A stretch of 64,000 bases of DNA from a virus, in IMG/VR virus record IMGVR_UViG_3300032073_000003, positions 32,001-96,000 of that record; one strand, given 5' to 3'. The notes beneath the pieces are model-generated. The model searched no databases and was not told the origin of the DNA. It saw only the letters and a program-made list of their open reading frames with translations. This document shows positions 11,188-20,984 of this stretch, piece by piece. Numbering within the stretch: position 1 is the stretch's first letter; the number at the start of each line of letters is the position of its first letter. A program made the position numbers and the translations under genes.

Positions 11188-14160
11188 TTAATTTTTAGAT
11201 TTGCAAGTTGTACAGTCATTTGTAGAGTTAGAATTACAATTACATTCTGAACATTTGTAATCTGGATCTTTTAAAGCTTGTAAATCAATTAATTCTTTCT
11301 TAACCATCCATTTATGAACTTCTTCTGGACAACAGTTTGTAATACCATATCTTTTTTCTAAAACAATATTATACATTACATCAGCAAAGTTGCATGTAAT
11401 CATATCATATTTTTCTGGTGTACAGATAGGTGTATTGTAACCTGGTGTTATTACTCTTTTGTTAGGGAAAGTTCTGGGAGGACATACTCCATGTTTACAT
11501 TCTCCAAATGTTTCAAAGAAATCTGTATCAATTGTAGGTACAGGATCTAAGCATTCTTCTGTTATTATATTTTCATTGCCATCCCAAGTTCCTATTGGAC
11601 ATTCAGAAGAAGATACTACACCATCTAATTGATAATCTTCATCATTAAAAATAAATTGCCAAACCTTACCATTCCAATATATTTGAACTTCTGTTCCTTC
11701 ATTTCCATATATTGGAATTCCATTTTCATCATAACCAACTATAATAAATATATACGTTATAGGAACTCTTTCTATTTCAACAGTTAATGTAATACATTCA
11801 CACAATCCTGGAAGCCATTCAAGAATACATATTCTACCACTTGACTCACCTGGTCCTAAAGTTATAGTTACTAATTCGTTATCACAATTTAAATACTGAT
11901 AAGGTTTTGTTATAGTTTCTGAATGATTAGTTACCTGTGAACAAGTACAAACAAGATCTCCTTCACATGCTATACAATCAGCATAAGTTTCAGTAACAAC
12001 AACCTCTCCTGCTTCCTGATATATTAGCTCTGAGTTTTCTACTATATTAACTGTCCAACATTCAGTACAGTTTTCAATTTTAATTACATTACCAACTACC
12101 GAGGAAAGCTCGGTATATGTATAAATATTATTAGCCTCACCTTTACAATCTACTAATTCATAATATTTTCTAGTACAATCAATACACTCTTCAAATAAAC
12201 CGCTTATTTGTATTAACTGTGTATTAGGAGGTTTAAAATCAATAAGTTCTACATCATAGCAACCACAATCAGTTTTAATAACTTTTCCTACAAATAATTC
12301 AAGATTAAGTTCTGTATATATTACAGTAGTGTCAGTACATGATGTTAATTTATAATAAACAAATTTTATGCAATCTTCACATTCAACATAAGATCTTACT
12401 ACAACTATATCTATTAAACACTCACAAGCAGGTGATACAGGATCATCTTCTAAATTAACTTCCCAACATCCCTCTTTACCTAAAATTTCTATTACAGTAT
12501 CAGTACCAAATGCATATTGATATAATACATCTGAATTACTATATATTATTTCATCTGACTCACATGATTTTAATTCAAAACATAAATCTGGACAAAATCC
12601 ATCAACACAATCTCCAACAGGAACCGCTTTAAAATTATCTATATTTGACCCTTCTTCAGGAATTGGTGGTATTTTACTACATATTCTTATATAAGGACTT
12701 GCTTCAATACTAGATATGCTAAGAAAATCATTATTTTCATTAACATAAAAGAATCCAGCATTTCCTTGAACAAAGTAACATTTTAAATCACAATCACAAG
12801 ATGCTTCTGGTATAGGAACTGTTGTTGTTGTTGTATCACTACAAAATTCTGTATCTGTAGTAGTTATATATGCACATCCTGAATATTCTGGACCATCTAC
12901 TTGATTAAATGTACCTACATAATCTGCATATAAAGGATCAATTGATATAAAAGATTCTACAGTATCATCACACGGTATAATTAAATAACAATCACATTCT
13001 AATGGTAAAGTTTCAGTTAACTTACATACAGGAATTCCTTGACATATATCTAATACTGAATCACCAGGACAACTATAAATACCTGGGTTATTAGGATCTG
13101 GTACAAATTGTCCAACATAATTTTTTGTACTAAATATAATATAAGGATCTAGTTGAGCTTCTGTACTTCCGCAATTTCCTAAACCTACTGCAGGATATAA
13201 TAAATTTGCTTGAAATTCAGAAAGTGTTATATCATATATCTCTGCGGCAAATGCTGCTGGATTTACACCAGATGAAGGTTTATTTAATCCTGATAATTTT
13301 ATAATATGATTTCCGGGTGATAATGTTAATGGAAAAGTGTGCCAACGTCTAAATGGAGTAGTTTCACCAGCTGGAGAATCTAAAAATACAGCAAGAACAC
13401 CATCAATATAAAACTTAACATAATTATCTCCAGCAATACCAATCATATATTGCTTATCTTCAGTACCGTCTATATCTATACAAAATTCAAAAGATAATTC
13501 TTCATCAACATCAAATCCTGTTGCCCATACACCAGCTATATTTAATCTACCTCCTGTATTTCCACTAATACAACCAGCTACACGAGAACCAAAAACTTCA
13601 TTTTCAACATTATTTGTTGGGTTTACAGGAAGTCCTAATCCGTTATTTTGTTTAACTATATATGTAGTATCATTTTCACCATATAGCGGCCATGTTAAAG
13701 ATGTAATATCAGGATATACTCTTACACCAAAATCACAATAAAATTGAGATTTACTACCTGTTGTTACTGGTAATAATACTCCACTATATTCAGCAACAGT
13801 TTCTGTTTCTCTAACACAATTTTCTCCTATAGGATCGTAAGTAAATCCTTCAGGGCAATTACAAAGAGGTTCTGGATTACAATCAGCACATTGAGTTGAT
13901 GCACAACCGTTTTCAGAAATCCCATCAAATTCACTAGATGTTGGTGATGTTGGATAAGTTATAAGAGAATCTACAACTTCTCTAAAATAAGTATAACAAT
14001 AATTTGGAAGTAGTTGTCCACCAAAACCAGTAGCTGGAGCAGCACCAATGTATTGATATATTTCACCATCTGATAAGGCTATAGAACCTGAAAATAATAT
14101 TTCTGTACCATCACAGCAACTTACAAATTTTGCAATTATATTTGGATCCTCCTTACTCAT
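11188..14160 (-). CDS. Large cysteine-rich virion protein (tail hub/fibre-associated)
   Basis: 990 aa with repeated Y(K/E)L..C modules, an EGF-like C-x-CPEGF...C motif and a PA14-like segment. Lies in the tail block. Confidence 0.55.
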   Translation of the reverse strand: MSKEDPNIIAKFVSCCDGTEILFSGSIALSDGEIYQYIGAAPATGFGGQLLPNYCYTYFREVVDSLITYPTSPTSSEFDGISENGCASTQCADCNPEPLCNCPEGFTYDPIGENCVRETETVAEYSGVLLPVTTGSKSQFYCDFGVRVYPDITSLTWPLYGENDTTYIVKQNNGLGLPVNPTNNVENEVFGSRVAGCISGNTGGRLNIAGVWATGFDVDEELSFEFCIDIDGTEDKQYMIGIAGDNYVKFYIDGVLAVFLDSPAGETTPFRRWHTFPLTLSPGNHIIKLSGLNKPSSGVNPAAFAAEIYDITLSEFQANLLYPAVGLGNCGSTEAQLDPYIIFSTKNYVGQFVPDPNNPGIYSCPGDSVLDICQGIPVCKLTETLPLECDCYLIIPCDDTVESFISIDPLYADYVGTFNQVDGPEYSGCAYITTTDTEFCSDTTTTTVPIPEASCDCDLKCYFVQGNAGFFYVNENNDFLSISSIEASPYIRICSKIPPIPEEGSNIDNFKAVPVGDCVDGFCPDLCFELKSCESDEIIYSNSDVLYQYAFGTDTVIEILGKEGCWEVNLEDDPVSPACECLIDIVVVRSYVECEDCIKFVYYKLTSCTDTTVIYTELNLELFVGKVIKTDCGCYDVELIDFKPPNTQLIQISGLFEECIDCTRKYYELVDCKGEANNIYTYTELSSVVGNVIKIENCTECWTVNIVENSELIYQEAGEVVVTETYADCIACEGDLVCTCSQVTNHSETITKPYQYLNCDNELVTITLGPGESSGRICILEWLPGLCECITLTVEIERVPITYIFIIVGYDENGIPIYGNEGTEVQIYWNGKVWQFIFNDEDYQLDGVVSSSECPIGTWDGNENIITEECLDPVPTIDTDFFETFGECKHGVCPPRTFPNKRVITPGYNTPICTPEKYDMITCNFADVMYNIVLEKRYGITNCCPEEVHKWMVKKELIDLQALKDPDYKCSECNCNSNSTNDCTTCKSKN

Positions 14161-14173
14161 TATTCAGTAGAGT

Positions 14174-14332
14174 TTATAAATTTTTAATATTTGAAGTTGA
14201 ATTAATAGTATTAGCTTTTAATGATTTTTCATAACTGCCTTTACAACTTTTACATACAACTGTACCATTTGATGCTTTTGTTCTTTGACATCCGCAACTT
14301 AATTTTTTTTTACAATTAGGACATGCGCTCAT
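14174..14332 (-). CDS. Small Cys-rich (zinc-binding?) protein, 52 aa
   Basis: Hand-translated MSACPNCKKKLSCGCQRTKASNGTVVCKSCKGSYEKSLKANTINSTSNIKNL*. CxxC-CxC-CxxC pattern; fills the gap between two tail genes. Confidence 0.7.
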   Translation of the reverse strand: MSACPNCKKKLSCGCQRTKASNGTVVCKSCKGSYEKSLKANTINSTSNIKNL

Positions 14333-14350
14333 TTTGTTGGTTTTTTATGA

Positions 14351-14893
14351 TTAGCAATATTTACAATCTAATTTATTTAATAGTTTAACTGCATAATTAA
14401 ATAAAGACATACCAGCTTGATTTTCATGACATGTTTCTACTTTAGCTTTAGCAGCTTCTAAATACATTTTAATTAAATGTAACTCTTTTAATTTATCTTT
14501 TACTTGAGCTGGTGGATCACAATCTGCTGCATCTATATTACAAAGTATTTTTTCATATTGATTTAATGCACAAGTTATTCTTAAATGATTATAAGAAGCA
14601 TAAACTTTACATTCTGGATCTACTATATATTTAATACCATATATACCATCTGGTAAATTAACAAATGAAGAGTCACAATTTTCAATCTGTAAATCTAAGT
14701 CACATGCTGTTAATGTAGGAGATGATTGTGGTACAAATGGTAATTCAGCTGTATTGGTGTATCCAGGAACTACAATTTCTAATCTAGGATTATGAAGTCC
14801 AACTAAAGCTGAATATACAGATGTATCAACAATTTTAAAAATACAGGGATTTGATACTGTTGGAATTTCTAAACTTAATACGTGATTTGCCAT
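14351..14893 (-). CDS. Virion structural protein (putative tail hub)
   Basis: 180 aa, beta-sandwich N-terminus plus helical C-terminus. Follows the auxiliary-capsid-like gene as in crAss-like gene order. Confidence 0.45.
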   Translation of the reverse strand: MANHVLSLEIPTVSNPCIFKIVDTSVYSALVGLHNPRLEIVVPGYTNTAELPFVPQSSPTLTACDLDLQIENCDSSFVNLPDGIYGIKYIVDPECKVYASYNHLRITCALNQYEKILCNIDAADCDPPAQVKDKLKELHLIKMYLEAAKAKVETCHENQAGMSLFNYAVKLLNKLDCKYC

Positions 14894-14905
14894 AGTTGTT
14901 ATAAT

Positions 14906-14945
14906 AAAAAAAGGAGAGAAGAGTATACACTCAACCCTCCTTTTT
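14906..14945 (-). terminator. Intrinsic terminator
   Basis: AAAAAGGAGGGTTGAGTG...CTCTTCTCTCCTTTTTT stem-loop with T-tail after the 447-aa gene. Confidence 0.7.
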
Positions 14946-14966
14946 ATGAATTTATAGTTTATTTAA

Positions 14967-16310
14967 TTAAGATAAATCTGGCAGAACTATAATTGGATCT
15001 GCTGGATCACATTCTGTTGCATCACCTAAATTTTCAATTAAACAATCTGAAGCACATGATGTTACCCAAGCAGATAATGCATCAAATACAGTAGTATCAC
15101 CTGCAGGAACAACAATCTCTAATAAATATTGATCATTATCAAATGTTCCAGTTGGATTATACAAACGTGGAATATTATGTTGTAAATAAACTCTATCATA
15201 GATATCGTTTCTATCAATTCCAGCTGCATTTACTAAAGAATCTCCTTGAGTAATCTCACGAATTCTTAAATCAGTTGCAAGGAAGTTTTGTCTGTAAGCC
15301 TCTGACATAATTACATCACGTACTACAGTTTCTCCAACTCCATTTGCTTGAATCCCGTAACATTGTACACCAACACAAAGACCTTCAAACTCACAAGGAG
15401 AACCTGTTAGGTCTACCTCAGAAGCATAAACTCTTACTGGCTCTAATTCATAGAAATCAGAAGGTTGGAAAGTACAGTTATTAAACTTAGTCTCATAGTA
15501 TGCACCTGTAAGTACTAAACCTGCACAAAGACCAGTTCCGTCAGCAGCAGGAGTAAAATTTGAATAGTTATCAAAAGTTACATCAGCTACAGGAACTCCT
15601 CCATTAAGAGTAGCAGTATCTACATTATCTGGATACCAGTAAGTCCAAGTTGCACCATCATCATCAGTTGTTGTTACAACTGGATATACAAATGGATTGA
15701 TAAGAGTATCTTCCAAAATTTGTTGTGCCCAAGCAACCATTACAATTGCTGGATCAACAGAAGTTGGAGCTACATCTTCATCAGGACAACATCCTGTGTA
15801 AGCCTCAAGTGTCAAGTATGAGTTACGATCTAAGTATCTCATTGCAGGAGAACCTTTAACATCTAAACGAAGATAGTAAGTCTCACCACAAAGGAAACTT
15901 TTACAACATTCACCTGCAGTTTCTCCTGGTTTACTTGAGTCAGGTGCATTAGCACTTGTCCAAGGAGTAAATCCTACATGTGTTACATAATTTGAAGGTA
16001 AGTTACCTGGAGCAAGATATAATCTGCTTACATACTTACTCTTAATTGTTTTAGACTTGTTAGACTCAGTGTACCCTCCGTGGAAAGGTCCAATTTTGTC
16101 ATTAGGCATAAAAGCCCCACCTGCAAGAATAAACTCACAACAAGTTGTATCAGGTGTTGTTGCCACTTGAAATGTTTTAGGATCGATGAATGAAATCTCT
16201 CCTGGAGCTAAAACATTTGTTGGTGATGTACCTAGTTGTACACCTGTTAATGCAGAAATACCATTTGTGGCTACAAAGGTTTTCTTAAAAGCATGATTAA
16301 AATAAGCCAT
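14967..16310 (-). CDS. Abundant structural protein (auxiliary capsid protein-like)
   Basis: 447 aa, own promoter-like region and terminator. Position after the first ring gene matches the crAss-like auxiliary capsid gene. Confidence 0.5.
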   Translation of the reverse strand: MAYFNHAFKKTFVATNGISALTGVQLGTSPTNVLAPGEISFIDPKTFQVATTPDTTCCEFILAGGAFMPNDKIGPFHGGYTESNKSKTIKSKYVSRLYLAPGNLPSNYVTHVGFTPWTSANAPDSSKPGETAGECCKSFLCGETYYLRLDVKGSPAMRYLDRNSYLTLEAYTGCCPDEDVAPTSVDPAIVMVAWAQQILEDTLINPFVYPVVTTTDDDGATWTYWYPDNVDTATLNGGVPVADVTFDNYSNFTPAADGTGLCAGLVLTGAYYETKFNNCTFQPSDFYELEPVRVYASEVDLTGSPCEFEGLCVGVQCYGIQANGVGETVVRDVIMSEAYRQNFLATDLRIREITQGDSLVNAAGIDRNDIYDRVYLQHNIPRLYNPTGTFDNDQYLLEIVVPAGDTTVFDALSAWVTSCASDCLIENLGDATECDPADPIIVLPDLS

Positions 16311-16375
16311 TTTGTTTTGTTTTGATTAATATATAAATATAATATAATATAATGAAAAGATTTTAAATAACAAAG

Positions 16376-16882
16376 TTATTTTAAGAAAAGTAATTTATAT
16401 TTAGTTGAGTTAACTACATCTTTTATTAAATCTAAGTTATTGACAATTTCAGAATACGGAAGCATTGCTTGAAGTTTACATATCATAGCGCACATATCTC
16501 TAAGATAATTTAAACCATCTGATACATCATCTAAAGTTCTACAACCTACTTCTTTGTATGTAAGTAGTTTTTCTGTAGCTCCTTGATATCCTTCTGCTAA
16601 TACATCAGCATGTCCAGGAAGTGCATCATATATATCATTTAAAGCTTTATGAGCTGCATATGAACCTTCACCTGTTACTTTTAAATGTAATTTATGGAAA
16701 CTAGTTGCAGCATTCATAAGCTCTGATACACAAGAAGATACCATATTATCTAAAGAACTACCACCTACTCCTTTATCTTCTGTAGGTTTAGCTGTAGGAG
16801 TTTTATATTCAACAACTGATTTTGGCTTAACAATAGTTTTTGCCATTGTTGTTTTTTTAAGTAATCTAGGTTTTGTTTTCAT
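16376..16882 (-). CDS. Dps/ferritin-like protein (DUF5856-type)
   Basis: 168 aa. 'FHKLHLKVTG.GSYAAHKALNDIYD...AD.LAEGYQG' parallels the Dps ferroxidase motif. Lys-rich N-terminal tail. Confidence 0.7.
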   Translation of the reverse strand: MKTKPRLLKKTTMAKTIVKPKSVVEYKTPTAKPTEDKGVGGSSLDNMVSSCVSELMNAATSFHKLHLKVTGEGSYAAHKALNDIYDALPGHADVLAEGYQGATEKLLTYKEVGCRTLDDVSDGLNYLRDMCAMICKLQAMLPYSEIVNNLDLIKDVVNSTKYKLLFLK

Positions 16883-16887
16883 TTTAA

Positions 16888-17586
16888 TTAATTACTACGT
16901 TCGGCAGCTTGTTGTGTTCTAGTAAATTGATTTCCTGATTCTATATCACCAGCTAAAATACTTACTGCTTCATCAATTATTAATTCTACAATATCATCTT
17001 TAAATTCTGATTCTACTTCTTGATTAGACGTTACTCCCGTGTACGGATTTGTACAGTTAGTAATTTGTATTTGAATGGGTTGTCTATAATATGTAAGAGA
17101 AGCTTCTTCTATATCAAACTTATTGTTTGTATATAAATGAACAGTGTCATCTATTAAAGTAGCAAAAGTTTCTCCCCACTCAAAACTAGGTTGTTTAGAC
17201 TTATCTCTTAAAAGTTGATTAAGATTACCTTCTTCTGCAAGATAAACCGTCATTCTTCTACTATCACAACAATCTTTATTTGCATCAATATCTACACGTT
17301 TCCATTGTAGATAATCTTTAGGTATATTACCTTCATAATAAAGATCTTTCTTATTAATCATTAAAGGTTCATTAATTAACAACTTTTGAAGATCATCTTT
17401 TCTTCTTGTAGATTGTTCATCACCTTCCTTAACAATATTTAGTCCGTGAAGCTGTCTTCTAGTCCATTCAACTTGTGCTTTATTAAATGATTCTACAATT
17501 TGCCAACAAGTTACATTGTCATAATCTTGACTATCTAACTTATTAAGACGTTGTTTTACTTTTATAGTAATAGTGCTATTAAGCAT
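16888..17586 (-). CDS. Tail ring/adaptor protein (crAss-like)
   Basis: 232 aa. 'RLNKLDSQDYDN...FNKAQ' N-terminus typical of the crAss-like ring gene downstream of MCP. Confidence 0.65.
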   Translation of the reverse strand: MLNSTITIKVKQRLNKLDSQDYDNVTCWQIVESFNKAQVEWTRRQLHGLNIVKEGDEQSTRRKDDLQKLLINEPLMINKKDLYYEGNIPKDYLQWKRVDIDANKDCCDSRRMTVYLAEEGNLNQLLRDKSKQPSFEWGETFATLIDDTVHLYTNNKFDIEEASLTYYRQPIQIQITNCTNPYTGVTSNQEVESEFKDDIVELIIDEAVSILAGDIESGNQFTRTQQAAERSN

Positions 17587-17588
17587 GA

Positions 17589-17876
17589 TTATTTATTTTT
17601 TTTTAATACACTATAATCACCTTTTATAGTTTTTTTAGGAAACTCTTTTTTTACCCATCTACCCGTGTTTCCATTCATTCTAACAAAATCATAACCGGGT
17701 CTCTTAATAGGATCATCTAGACTTCCTAAATGCTTTGTTGTTTTTGTTGTTTGTTTTGGAGGGTCAATTTCTCCACCTCGTCTTGCTTCTCTTGCTTCTC
17801 TAAAAAATTTTAATACTTTAGTAGCATCTGTCTTATTATTTTTCATAGTACGCTTCTTTTGTAAATTTTTGTTCAT
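17589..17876 (-). CDS. Basic hypothetical protein
   Basis: 95 aa, Lys/Arg-rich, co-oriented in the capsid block. Confidence 0.6.
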   Translation of the reverse strand: MNKNLQKKRTMKNNKTDATKVLKFFREAREARRGGEIDPPKQTTKTTKHLGSLDDPIKRPGYDFVRMNGNTGRWVKKEFPKKTIKGDYSVLKKNK

Positions 17877-17957
17877 ATATTAATATACTAAAAAATCATT
17901 AGCATTTCCATCTTCTCCTTGCTTTTCTCAAACGGCTGTTTGGATAAATACCTTTAT

Positions 17958-18107
17958 TTATCTTTTTCTTAAGGATTTAGCAGAAATAACTTTTTTTACA
18001 GGCCCATCACATCTACAACTATGTTTGCGAATAGCACCACCACTTATATATTTAGCACCACCACATTTCATCTTATTAGCACCTCCGTATTTCATATATG
18101 TTTTCAT
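17958..18107 (-). CDS. Small basic protein with xGG repeats, 49 aa
   Basis: Hand-translated MKTYMKYGGANKMKCGGAKYISGGAIRKHSCRCDGPVKKVISAKSLRKR*. Confidence 0.6.
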   Translation of the reverse strand: MKTYMKYGGANKMKCGGAKYISGGAIRKHSCRCDGPVKKVISAKSLRKR

Positions 18108-18236
18108 AACTATTTATTTTTTAAATTTAAATAAAGACCCCCATTTTTTGGGAGCCTTTTTAGTTGGTTTAACACATTCTTTTTTTAAACAGTTAATAGA
18201 TAAATATATTAAACTGTTACTTAAATTTTCTATCAT

Positions 18237-19253
18237 TTATAAATTCCAATATTTTTCACAAGCTTCAGTAAGATCATTTAAAACATCTTCATGAAGTGGA
18301 TTTTTTAAATGTTCAATGACATCAGATACATTTCTTCCAAGTAAATTTTGCGTTTTCATATGATAGATATAACCATCAGATTTAGGAGCAATATATTTAA
18401 AGAAACTAGAATCTCTAACTATTGATTTAATTTTTAAAGTTTCCATGTCAAGTTTAGTTGCTTCAATAAAAGATTTTGCAGCTCTTTCCTTATTAGACTC
18501 CGCACCATCTCCTGAAATATGTCTATCCATATTTTCATATATAACATCTCTAGGAGTAGATTTTTTATATTGAGCACTTTGAGTATCAACAACTTTAGCA
18601 ATATAAAATAACTTAGTACTATTTTTATCATATAATTTTTGTAATTCAGAGTAAGCTTTATTTCTAAGTTTTTTATACTCAGTTCTTACCATTACAGTTT
18701 CTTCTTCTTTATCTAAATAAAATTTTGGAGGAGTAGCTTGAGATCTTGCATCATCATAACTTTTTGCTATCATAGCAAATCCACCTGCTTCTATTGCATG
18801 TAGTTTAATCCTATCAAATGGTTTTTTAGGATTTAAATACAATGGTTCATTACCGCAAGAAATATCTATTTTATTCCAAAATTCTTTATTATCAGGTTTT
18901 AGTAAAGTAACTTTATTCCAAAAATCTTTATCTTCAGCATCAATAATATTTGATGCTAATTCTTTTTCTAATTCAGCAACTGATTCTCTAATCTGTCTCA
19001 CTCTAGCTTCCTTATCTTCAGAATTCATTGTTTTTATTTCTGGAGCAAATTCATTAAGTCCTGTTACATACCTAATTACTCCATTAATATCTAAACAAGC
19101 TAATTGTTCATTATGAGTTACCCCATCAAATAAACTCATACCATAGTCTTCTAATCCCATGTTTGTAGCTTGTTGATCAAAATACGGTCTTACTGCAATA
19201 GAAGTTTTTCTATTACTAGCCGTTTCTACCATTGTAAAGTGTTCTGTTTCCAT
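18237..19253 (-). CDS. Conserved crAss-like virion protein downstream of MCP
   Basis: 338 aa, mostly helical C-terminal half. Position directly after the MCP terminator is conserved in crAss-like capsid modules. Confidence 0.55.
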   Translation of the reverse strand: METEHFTMVETASNRKTSIAVRPYFDQQATNMGLEDYGMSLFDGVTHNEQLACLDINGVIRYVTGLNEFAPEIKTMNSEDKEARVRQIRESVAELEKELASNIIDAEDKDFWNKVTLLKPDNKEFWNKIDISCGNEPLYLNPKKPFDRIKLHAIEAGGFAMIAKSYDDARSQATPPKFYLDKEEETVMVRTEYKKLRNKAYSELQKLYDKNSTKLFYIAKVVDTQSAQYKKSTPRDVIYENMDRHISGDGAESNKERAAKSFIEATKLDMETLKIKSIVRDSSFFKYIAPKSDGYIYHMKTQNLLGRNVSDVIEHLKNPLHEDVLNDLTEACEKYWNL

Positions 19254-19283
19254 TTTGTTGGTTTTTTATTATTTTTATTTATT

Positions 19284-19318
19284 AAAAAAAAAGGAGGAGT
19301 ACTTTACCCCTCCTTTTT
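19284..19318 (-). terminator. Intrinsic terminator of MCP gene
   Basis: AAAAAGGAGGGGTA-AAG-TACTCCTCCTTTTTTTT. Confidence 0.85.
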
Positions 19319-19339
19319 AGATTGTGCTATATTCTATTA

Positions 19340-20956
19340 TTAGAATGAACCTCCCGTTACTGGGTTTCTCATTACAATTTTAAGAACCTTAGTTGGATCT
19401 TTTACCCATATTGCAGGCATTGTTTGAGACATCATTACTCTGTATCCATTAAATTGTCCTGAAGACTGGAATCCTTGAGAACGTCCCATATAATCCATTG
19501 TACCATTTTGATACCACCATTTTAATTGATTATCCCAAGATAGTTTCAATAAGAAAATGTTATCATTAGTATTATCAGTAATATCAAAGATAATAAATGA
19601 ATAAGATGATAATGGGAATCCGTCAATAATAGGATTTTCAATATCATTTGTATGAACATTATCAAATGCTGGGTTTAATACAAACTTAACATTAGCTAAA
19701 AAAGGAATTACATATGAAGTGTAAGAGAATCCAAAGTTTAAATCCATTCCTTTACCAGTAATAGCACCGATATCAGCAGCTTGGATTACAAGACCTGAAG
19801 CAACAGCTTCTCTCTTAATAGCTTCATTTACCATTCTCATTCCTCCCATACCAGTTTGTACAATTAATGATCTGTTTGGATCTGGACCTTGAAATTCAAC
19901 TTTACCATTAAAGAAGTTATAAATTTCTCCACGGAATAATTCAAGAGTAAAGTTATTTTTGTTATATACTCTTTTAAATGAATTGTCTAATTGTCTCCAA
20001 AGACCAACTGATAATCTCATATCATCTGGACCATCTTGACGTAGTCTACCACCTTGACCCCACATTAAGTAAGATTCAATATCAGATGCAACTTTTGACA
20101 AGTGAGCTGATTCCATTGCAGTTAAAAAAGTTCTAGAAAGATCTCCATTATCAAAAGCTTTCTTTACTTTATCTTTACCCATTACCTTAACCATATCTTC
20201 TAAAGAAGAAACAGAAGGATCCATAGTTTCACCAAAATTTCTCCAGATTTCAGTTACAGGAACTGTACCATCTGCATTCATTCCTCCTTTGATCATAAGA
20301 TCAGCTCTAGAAGAAACAGAATAATGAACATGAGCTTCAGCACCACCTACATAGTTGTAGAATTCACGGAAACCAGTTCTTGTTGTAATATCAGAGAATC
20401 TTTCTCCATATTCACCTCTAGCAGAACCTTTACGGAATATTTTTGTACCGTTTTCAAGAAATTTAGCATCTAAAAATCTAAAGTTATCATTGTTTACTAG
20501 TTGAACAGTATAGATAAATCCATCTCCTACTGGAAGGATATCTTCATCTGTTACGTACATTTCAACTCCGTTATATTTGTCATAAGTGATAATATCACCA
20601 TGTCCAAACTCACGTCTGCTTAATTTAATACGAAATGTTGAACCATCTGTACCAAGTACAGCTGTAGGATCTTCAATATTTTCAATAATATAAGGAAGAT
20701 CATTGGTAGTTGGTGTTTGCCATTTATACTCTCCACGAGCATTATCTACCATAATTACGTTCTTTCCACCAAAGCTAGACATTTGATAAAGAGGCATTTC
20801 TACTTTCTGAGCCATTGCCCATAAGTCTACTGGACCTAAGTCCATTGGTTCTGCATCTTTTAACATGTTAACCAAGTGATAAGAATCTACGTGTGAACTT
20901 GCATTGTAAGCTGTATCCCGTAGAAAGATACCATTGTTTAAAACTGGAGTTGCCAT
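19340..20956 (-). CDS. Major capsid protein (HK97 fold, crAss-like)
   Basis: 538 aa. Follows portal and an acidic scaffold-like gene, has highly biased codon use and a strong terminator. Size and motifs fit crAss-like MCP. Confidence 0.85.
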   Translation of the reverse strand: MATPVLNNGIFLRDTAYNASSHVDSYHLVNMLKDAEPMDLGPVDLWAMAQKVEMPLYQMSSFGGKNVIMVDNARGEYKWQTPTTNDLPYIIENIEDPTAVLGTDGSTFRIKLSRREFGHGDIITYDKYNGVEMYVTDEDILPVGDGFIYTVQLVNNDNFRFLDAKFLENGTKIFRKGSARGEYGERFSDITTRTGFREFYNYVGGAEAHVHYSVSSRADLMIKGGMNADGTVPVTEIWRNFGETMDPSVSSLEDMVKVMGKDKVKKAFDNGDLSRTFLTAMESAHLSKVASDIESYLMWGQGGRLRQDGPDDMRLSVGLWRQLDNSFKRVYNKNNFTLELFRGEIYNFFNGKVEFQGPDPNRSLIVQTGMGGMRMVNEAIKREAVASGLVIQAADIGAITGKGMDLNFGFSYTSYVIPFLANVKFVLNPAFDNVHTNDIENPIIDGFPLSSYSFIIFDITDNTNDNIFLLKLSWDNQLKWWYQNGTMDYMGRSQGFQSSGQFNGYRVMMSQTMPAIWVKDPTKVLKIVMRNPVTGGSF

Positions 20957-20984
20957 TGTTTATTTTGTTTTTATTTGTTACTAA

